In this document: positions 54,562-63,662 of the stretch, in pieces
Numbering within the stretch: position 1 is the first letter of the stretch
How the letters are laid out: the number at the start of each line of letters is the position of its first letter
The notes under the pieces: model-generated
The model's database searches: none
Told to the model about the DNA's origin: nothing
The model's input: the letters and a program-made list of their open reading frames with translations, nothing else
Assembly: GCF_001194135.2 (NCBI RefSeq)
Contig: NC_069003.1
Location: forward strand, 28,612,051 to 28,675,712
Length of the DNA: 63,662 nucleotides
Reading direction: 5' to 3'
Origin: Octopus bimaculoides
Lineage: Eukaryota
Translations under genes and position numbers: made by a program

Positions 54562-54804
54562 TATATGCGTATGCACACACATATACATAGATATATATGC
54601 GCGTGTTTGTGGGTTCAACTGTGTATGTGAGTATTGCATAACTCCAAGCTATATTATCGCAATGTGAAAACTATAATCTGAAAGAAATATGACTTATTTG
54701 TTACTGATCGAGCAACAACAAAGAGTCAAAATCGTTGGCTTCGGTGCTACATGGATGGCTGATGATGAAAGTTTTAACCCATACATTCTCAACAGGTGAC
54801 TTAC

Positions 54805-54906
54805 AACTGACAATGATACTTTCCTTAAACTGGCCCATATATGTGTTACTTGCACTTGCTTTATCAAATCAAAAGCGATGAAAGACGTAGTCTGAATGAG
54901 TGTCAT
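54805..54906 (-). CDS. candidate 102-nt phase 0-0 exon (MTLIQTTSFIAFDLIKQVQVTHIWASLRKVSLSV)
   Basis: Long pyrimidine tract ending cctttcag, donor GTT|GTAAGT, only one open frame. Confidence 0.4.
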
Positions 54907-55041
54907 CTGAAAGGCCAATATCATAGACAAATATGAAAGGCAAATAGAAAGAACAGTTACCCAGCATTATAATTATTCATGAATTAATACCATATCTATT
55001 GGAAATGTTACAGAAAATGCCTCGCATTATCTAATTACGTC

Positions 55042-55240
55042 AACGCGGTTAGCTGACAGAATCGTTAGAACGCCGGGCAAAACGCTTAGCGGTATTGCGT
55101 TATCTACACAATCTGAGTTCAAATTCCGCCGAGGTTGAACTTGCCCTTCATCCTTTCGGGGTCGATAAATTAAGTACCAGACAAGTACTGAGATCATGTG
55201 ATCCACTTTCGCCATCCCTCTAAATTTTAGGCCTTGTGCC
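55042..55240 (+). mobile_element. family-A SINE
   Basis: Head, core and tail are all recognisable. Confidence 0.88.
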
Positions 55241-56346
55241 AATTGCATGCATTTTTAATCGTTGAGTGTGCCACCCAAGAGGAATCGATGCTAGATGTGT
55301 CGAAACAATTGTCGTGATTGATGATAAATTCTCGTAAAGTCCATCTTCCGTCTTTCATTTGCCATATATATATATTCAGTGAAATAAACAACACAAGGAA
55401 AATTCTTTAGCACAACTTTGATTGTTAGTTACAATTGTTTCCTCACCATCACTATAGCAAGAAACTCTCAGAGGCAGCCCTCCTTAAACTTAGCTTCAGT
55501 ATATCAAGCGAACCACTGGCTAAAAACCGCCCACATATCGTTTCAGAGCATTGGGATTGAGAAAGAAATAAGATCCCTCGAGTTGAATGATTTATCCGCT
55601 ATTTAAGTCGCTGCGACTCCAATGCATCATTCTGGCGCATTACATTTCGATACAGAACGGCTTTGGTGCACACCTTATTTAGTATATTGGAAACATCCTT
55701 GTTTCCAGGGGATTTCCTCATCCGACAATCAATGCAAAAGCGGGCGTGTTTGTGTGTATGTAACTGCGAGTATACATCTGCAGTAACGTAACTTATTTAG
55801 ATATATAGATAAATGGAGTGGGGGAATGTCTATGGGTTTTCTATTGTATTGTAGTTCAATAGAGGCTCCATGCTCTGCCAGCTATGGATATTTTGTTCGC
55901 TGCTTTTGTTGTTTTAAGATACATCGATTGTATTGGTGAAATCCACTATCAGTACATATATCACTCATTCCGAACACTCCCAGCGGACTTACATTCCTAT
56001 CATCAACATGCATTTTTTAATAGATTAATTTTCACATTATTGGTATTCTTATGTACTGATACACTTTTTGCTTTATTATTCGCGCTATTTGCTTTTTAAT
56101 GTGAATAAGTTTGGATCGATTGGAAATAAAATATCAAGGACGTTACCTCGATCCTCTTGTACCGATGCACCACTTTTGGCAGAATTTGCAGATTTCGCAT
56201 TATGCTGACTATCGATCAATTTTCTCCAAATTTAATAATGTACTCTGTAATACCTAAAGTTACGTTCTCATGCTGAGCAGAGTTTCGTAATAACGCCGAA
56301 ATCTCCAACTAAAAGCCATTCCATGTGTAAGGAATGCTCATCTGTA

Positions 56347-56435
<89 letters not shown>

Positions 56436-58095
56436 GTGAGTGTGTGTATGTATATATATGCGAGTGTATACGTATATATGTGTATACATACACATATACA
56501 TATACACACATATATATGTACATATGTATACAAGTATAGATATGTGCATGTAATTGTGAGTGCACGTGTACATATAAATATGCATGTATATACTTATATT
56601 CATGCATATATATTTAATAAGATATATGTATTTATATATATGTGTGCGTTTGTGTACGCTTCTGTGTATGTTTGTATCGAAGGCCTTTATTATTTATTAA
56701 AAACTAAATGAGCGTATTTAAATAGAAATGTGGTCACAGAAGTGAGTAGATATTTCCTTGATACAGAATACTGATTTCGAATCCTACAAACAAGAAATGT
56801 GTGTGGCAGTGTTTACAGGAATAATTAGAGAGAAACATCTATTCTCGGAAGAATGTCATTAGAATAAGTTATATAATGGACTTTATCACAATTCATTTAT
56901 TGTTGTTTGAAAAAGCCAATCACCTATGAGACATATGTGTTCTAGTCCTTGATGAACAAATTATATAAAGAATATGTTATATAATGAAGTTTATCACAAT
57001 TTATCATTGGTTGAATATCTAACTTGTTAGAGGTTAGACATATATTGTTCTTGTCCTTGTTGAACAAGCTGTATAGATAACAGGTTATATAAACTTTGTT
57101 ACAATTAATTATTCGTTGAAAAATCTCATCTTTTTTAAGACACACACGTGCTGTTCTTATCCTTGTTGCTTGTTCAGTACTAGATTAATTATGATGAAGT
57201 AGGCCTACGAAAAACATTCCAGCTGTGACTATCTCGTCTTTCACGACAAATTACCTGGTACTACATTATGTAATTTGTGTTTTCTTTCTTTATGATTAGA
57301 GAGTGTAATCTAAAGGAAATTTGGCTTCTACTCTTCTTGTAGCAGGTTCAGATATTAATTAGAGAATTATTCGCACTCCCTAGGCATAAGATATTTGTTT
57401 GTTGCTGACGTCAATTAAATTATTCTACACAGATTTCTCGAAGTCACATAATGTATGTGTGTTGTAATACCATTTTAGAGGCAGTATTTCGAAAATGCCT
57501 TAAAAGACGCAATGCGTTGAAAAACAGTATACTTCGTCGATGAGGTGAAATAATAGCAAAATATCAATAACCGATGTTCGTTCACCGAGGCAATTGGTTT
57601 TTCGTTCTCGGGGGCAATTCGTGTACCGTGCTTTTCAATACACTACATCTTTAAAGGGATTTCCCTTCCACGAACTGTAGCAGCTAAAAGGCGTTTAAAA
57701 AAACATTTGTATGAGAAACCGATAATGTCTACATTATGTAGATGCTTCACACTAAGAATTTAAATTTTGTTTTACTTATACGGCATAGCTTTGTTAACAG
57801 TGCAATCAATGATTGACTAAATGATTCGACTGTGCAGATATACATGAATATGGTATGTCAATGATGGATACCTTACGGGGAAACTTCACCTCATAAAATG
57901 TCAACCAAACCTTCATCATGTTTATTCCTACTAATATGAAAGACAACCCATTGGCAATACAAGAAGCAAGAACAGCTCCAAAGTTAATAATATGTAAAAT
58001 AAGTTGGTGACTCGAAGGGGTAGATAACTCTTACACTTCGTGAAAAACATTCCGTCGAAGAAGAATCAAGAAATAAGTGTTATGGAAGGCTGAAT

Positions 58096-58428
58096 ACATT
58101 CTTTTACTTGCTTCAATCATTTGACTGCGTCCATGTTGAAGCACCGGCTTGAAGGGGTTTTAATCGAACAATTAGACCCCAAGACTTATTTGTTAAACCT
58201 CAGGGACGTAAGCACACCAACACCGGTTGTCAAGCGGTGATGGGGTGACGAACACCGACACAAATAGATAAACACACACACATATGACGGGCTTCTTCCA
58301 GTTACTAAATCTACTCACAAAGCTTTCGTCGGTCCGAGGTAATAGTAAATGACACTTGACCCAGATCCCACGCGGTGGGACTGAACCTGGAAGCTTGTGG
58401 TTGGGAAGTAAGCTTCTTACCACAGCTC
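58096..58428 (-). mobile_element. near full-length family-C SINE
   Basis: tRNA-like head, CORE-like block, short internal (TG)n and 3' ATGACTGAAAC-like end. Confidence 0.88.
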
Positions 58429-58489
58429 AGTAAGTCTGAGGAGAGGTAATTTCACATTCCTCAACGCAAACACACACGCGCACATGATT

Positions 58490-58505
58490 GTGAAGATGAT
58501 TTTGG

Positions 58506-58587
<82 letters not shown>

Positions 58588-58990
58588 TATATTCATGGTA
58601 ATGATGAAGATGATGAGAAGGACTATGAAGATAAAGTTGATACCGGTGATGATGCTGGTGATGATGAAGATGATACTGATGCTGATGTGAATGAAGTTGA
58701 TGATGACGATGACGATGATGACGATAGTGGTGATACTAGTGGGGGTGGGGGTGGGGTGGTGGTAGTNNNNNNNNNNGATACTAGTGGGGGTGGGGGTGGG
58801 GTGGTGGTAGTGGTGGTGGTGGGGTATGATAATGGTGAAGGAGATGATGATGGATAATGATGAAAAATAATGAAGACGATGATTGCGATGATGATGCGAA
58901 TGAGTATGGTGATGATGATGATGATGATGATGTTGATGATGATGATGATGATGATGTTGATAATGATAATGAAGATAATGTTGAGGATGT
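58490..58990. repeat. (GAT)n/(GGT)n low-complexity tract
   Basis: Direct reading; source of the poly-M and poly-S ORFs. Confidence 0.92.
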
Positions 58991-59997
58991 TGTGCTAATG
59001 AAACATGAATGTCTCATAAAAAGATAAAATGAAATAATAACAAAAAAAAAAAACCCAAAACGCCAACCTCCACACCCAAACGTAAAATGTATGATATACA
59101 ATTCCTCAGAGACAATCATTTCGATCTAATTCGCTGCTATGCTAAAAGACCATTCTATGAATAACACAACCAACTCGGGTCATAAATATAGCCTTCTTAG
59201 AATTATATTTTTGGCTTCTTTTGAATGTCATCGCCATTGTTCTTATTTTTTTGCCTCTTGTTTTACTATTGCTAGAATCGTTTATCTTTATTGCTGTCAC
59301 TGTTGTTCTTTGAGTATAAGTTATCGTTGTTAATTCAATTGTTCCCGTTGCTTTATTACGCAGTTGTTGTTCACATTGCAGAAAACTATGGTAGACATTT
59401 TATTATCTTATTTGTTTTGTATTTTTAGAAACTTTCCGATTAGTACTTTTAGTGCCAATACAGTATCTGTGTCGGTGGGGGTGGGGTGGAGGAGCAACAT
59501 ACTAATGTGCAGACATATGTCTTTGATCTTTTACTTGACTACTTTCAGTCAACAGGGCACCGACATGATGAGTTATGATCAATTATATCGACGTCCATTA
59601 TTTTGTCTGGTATATGTTTTCATAGTCTTTTTTTTTTAGTGAGCCACCATATGTAACGCGAACAATTGAAGTAAGGAGAGATAACTCAGTTGAATCATAG
59701 ATATATCATACTGTTCTAATGCACCGGTTCTCTCCACACGTTGATATACGTATTCAGAAAAACATACATAGATACAGGCACACACATAAACACACAGACA
59801 CATGCACACACACATGTTCACGATTAGACATGCATAATCCCATGCGTATATATGATTATATAAACACACGTCATATTTCGTTGAAAGTATCATTTGTGGA
59901 ACGACCACAAAAGTTAAAGCAAAGTCTAGCTTAGTTAGTACTTAGATGGGTAACCGCTTGGCAAAGCTAGGTGCTGCATTCATCCTTCTAATTATTA

Positions 59998-60300
59998 TAT
60001 GCGCAAGCGTGGCTGGGTTATAAGAAGTTTGCATCACAGCCACATCGTTTCAGCCTGTTGGGAAGTGAGAGCGTATAGATTAGTGGTCAGGTTACTGCAG
60101 TTACGGTCACGATATCGTGGATTCAATTCCTGTACGGGGTGGAGCATTGCGTTGTTGAGCAAAACACATCTTCCCAAGTTGCGCTGCCATCATTCCTACA
60201 TCTGACATGCGGTGCACCGTGACATCTATTCAGGTAACGTCAATTTTATTGTGCAGGTGAGCAAACGTACGATAACAAATACTTAATGACAATAAGCAAA
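59998..60300 (+). mobile_element. degenerate SINE heads and bodies (C-like head followed by a B-like element)
   Basis: GCGTGGCTGGGTTATAAGAAG; TTAGTGGTCAGG...GATTCAATTCC...TTGAGCAAAACAC. Confidence 0.55.
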
Positions 60301-60815
60301 TCATCTGTACACGGTTTCAGCGAGAACTCGTAGATACGACTTTCTCGGACGAAAATATTACCACCAATGAGAAATTATTAACATTAACGAGAAAATATTG
60401 TCATTCATGATGATAATGCAATATTTCAAACGCACATATATATATATATATATATATGATTCATGATATATATATATATTTATATGTGCGTTTCAAATAT
60501 TGCATGCGACAGTCAGTTGCGGCAGAGTTAAAATTCCGTCTTTCAGATTGAGTTGTAGATAACAGAAAAGTAAATTAAAGAATAAATAAAAGAAAAATCT
60601 AAGTTTTCCTGGCAAGTCTAATAAATTGATTTGTTTTTGTTTATTCTTGTTAATTCCAGGCAAGAATGACATTTAGTCTTTTTGAACGAAGAAGGTCATA
60701 CTCCGAGGTCAGTGATTTTATTTCGTTTAATTTTCTATGTTTTTATTTTCCTGCAGACGTAAAAGAAATAGAATAGTTCTCTGCGCGCACATATGTGTAT
60801 ATGTATATGTGTACG

Positions 60816-60862
<47 letters not shown>

Positions 60863-61083
60863 ACACATACATACACACACATANNNNNNNNNNNNNNNNN
60901 NNNNNNNNNNNNNNNNNNNNNNNNNNNNNNNNNNNNNNNNNNNNNNNNNNNNNNNNNNNNNNNNNNNNNNNNNNNNNNNNNNNNNNNNNNNNNNNNNNNN
61001 NNNNNNNNNNNNNNNNNNNNNNNNNNNNNNNNNNNNNNNNNNNNNNNNNNNNNNNNNNNNNNNNNNNNNNNNNNNNNNNNNNN

Positions 61084-61122
<39 letters not shown>

Positions 61123-61242
61123 GTGTGTGTATGTGTGTGTGTGTATGTAATGATGTATAGATATACAGCCAGATATCTATATATATGCTTTCATATGTAT
61201 GTATGAATTTTATGAATATGTGTATATATATGTTTCTGTCTG

Positions 61243-61295
<53 letters not shown>

Positions 61296-61977
61296 GTATC
61301 TATCTATCTATCTATGTATCTATGTATCTATNNNNNNNNNNNNNNNNNNNNNNNNNNNNNNNNNNNNNNNNNNNNNNNNNNNNNNNNNNNNNNNNNNNNN
61401 NNNNNNNNNNNNNNNNNNNNNNNNNNNNNNNNNNNNNNNNNNNNNNNNNNNNNNNNNNNNNNNNNNNNNNNNNNNNNNNNNNNNNNNNNNNNNNNNNNNN
61501 NNNNNNNNNNNNNNNNNNNNNNNNNNNNNNNNNNNNNNNNNNNNNNNNNNNNNNNNNNNNNNNNNNNNNNNNNNNNNNNNNNNNNNNNNNNNNNNNNNNN
61601 NNNNNNNNNNNNNNNNNNNNNNNNNNNNNNNNNNNNNNNNNNNNNNNNNNNNNNNNNNNNNNNNNNNNNNNNNNNNNNNNNNNNNNNNNNNNNNNNNNNT
61701 ATATATATATATATATGTATATGTATATGTAGCCACACACAAACACACACACACGTGCGCGCGCACATGTATACACACTATCAAAACTTTGATGAATATA
61801 CCACAATTATTGCAAAATAATACATCGACTATACTTTAACTAATATAATATTTGTACAATTGCTGTATATTAAATATGCATTTCTCATTCAATTTATATC
61901 ACAATTCTTGGACTATTACTATGTATGCAACATAATTATTATATATTTCCTTATATTACTATATATTGTTTTTAAAT

Positions 61978-62450
61978 TTTGGCACAAGGCCAGGAATTTT
62001 GGGGGATGGTCCTAATCGATTATATCGACCCTAGTGTTCAACTGGTAGTTTGTTAATCGACCCCGAAAAGATGAAAGCAAAGTCGACCTCGGGCGAACTT
62101 GATCCCAGATATATAGCTATATTTTACTCTCCTACATAGGCACAAAGTCTTAATTTGAGAGACGAGTATCATTGTTTATCTCAATCCCTGACCTTATCTC
62201 TTAATTCAGCGATGTTCGAAACAGGAAAGGAAAGTTCTATACTGCTGCGTGTGTGTGTGTGTGTGTGTGTTTCTCCCCTATTACTGCTTAACAACCGGTG
62301 TTATTGATAGCGGTTCGGCAAAATATCGGTCGATAAAATAAGTACCAGGCTTTAAATGTACTAGAGTCGATTTATTAAACAACAAATTCTTGAAGGTGGT
62401 GCCGTAGCAACGCTACAGTTTGATGACTGAAACAAGTAAATGGTAAACGG
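61978..62450. mobile_element. family-A SINE (-, 61978-62110) and family-C 3' half (+, ~62245-62450)
   Basis: Diagnostic blocks in opposite orientations. Confidence 0.8.
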
Positions 62451-63621
62451 TAACAGGTAATATGCTTCGTGCTAGGTGAACCCAAATCTTTGTTTCATTG
62501 TCTTAAAGAAATCCCAATTGATATATCTTTGATATTCGATAAGAAGAGAGTGATGCTTTGTCTTTCATCCAGCCTCTTTGAATTAAGTTCTATTTATATT
62601 TTTAAATGACGGACAGATTCCATACATTCCAAATTGCACAGTTAGGTCTTTAGTGATAAACTACTAAATGGAAAAGTTTGTAATCTTATGTATACAACGA
62701 AATCTAGCAACAATAGCAACAATGACAGCACCACCACCATCATCACCACTATCCCCCCAACAACAACAGCATCTACAAGCACCTGCTTTCGTTAAAATAT
62801 ATTTTACAATATCTAAATGGAAGAAATCAGATAGTTCGGCGATGGGTGAATATGTATCATTAAATCATTTTAATTCTTTTGGATTGACAGTCGAAATCAG
62901 AAGGAAAATCTGTGTATTTCTAAAATAAAAAGGTTTCATCTATTTTGATATTGGATGTGAAAGAGGTGTTATTGATTTTTCATTTCCCTACGACATGTTT
63001 TCTCTAAGAATGTAAACATAAATGTTGAGAAAATGAGACAACAAAACAAAAAAAAAAACAAAAAAAAACATATGAAAGAAGTGAGAAAGCTCTATCATCA
63101 TATTAAGGTAACTGTCAAAGCTTCTAATCTATTGATTTCTTATTTAAGAAAGCTGGTATTTGCTGACATCAGAATAGAAAGTGGTTGCTTTTGAACAAAT
63201 ATTATCGACCTTCGAAAGTGAAGTGTCATCAAAGTGCATTCAGAGACAACTCTCATCTCTGGTATCCAGGCTGCATCACCCTTCTTCTTCAGTAACTCTA
63301 TATATTAGATGTTCCCTAGATTGTGATATTATTGATTTACTTTGACGAAGAGCCAAAATAAATTGTCTGTATAAGCGTATACTGTCAATGAAAGAGGACT
63401 GTTGTATTACAGAGACTTACCGTATTTTCAATTGATATTCAGCAACATAACGTCATATCTACCAATATTTAAATGAAAACCATATAGGGATTTGACTGTG
63501 TACCATAACATTTTAGATTTTATAATGTCTAATATACAGAAACAATTTTTTACGTTAGTCAAGATGGAAGCATTTTACGAGCAATATTATATATATGTGG
63601 GTGTGTGAATGTATATCTTTT

Positions 63622-63662
<41 letters not shown>

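Noticed and set aside
57790-58030. 73-codon hydrophobic minus-strand frame with a GTAAGG donor
   Set aside because: Weak acceptor; hydrophobic bias is expected from AT-rich random sequence.
58732-58811. 35-bp G-rich direct repeat (G-quadruplex-like) around a 10-N gap
   Set aside because: An exact repeat across a tiny gap indicates unmerged contig overlap, and the G runs lie in low-complexity DNA.
60660-60775. + strand 48-nt exon-like segment, short intron and acceptor
   Set aside because: It leads straight to a stop and no partner exons were found.

Overview
AT-rich, microsatellite-saturated eukaryotic DNA with 14 N gaps. The SINE families and repeat style point to an Octopus short-read assembly; this is inferred from remembered repeat families, not from a search. 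No prokaryotic-type genes, CRISPR arrays, rRNA or true tRNA genes were found, and almost all ORFs in the supplied track are microsatellite or N-run translations. Recognisable content: a 5'-truncated Helitron with an intact 3' terminus, a degraded Ty3/Gypsy gag-pro-RT relic, two mariner and two Tc1 transposase fragments, a mariner-type MITE, a probable L1/Tx1 relic, and more than 30 copies of three tRNA-derived SINE families. Several short minus-strand segments have good splice sites and open frames (best 27615-27789), suggesting introns and exons of an unidentified minus-strand gene. The most interesting items are a Penelope-type minimal hammerhead ribozyme with a compensated U3-A8 core (35652-35687, minus), a Tc1 HTH fragment framed as a 90-nt in-frame cassette exon (32195-32284, minus), an exon-sized tandem duplication, fold-back repeats centred on (TA)n, and close inverted SINE pairs that could be ADAR substrates. 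I see no clear evidence of a wholly new biological system.
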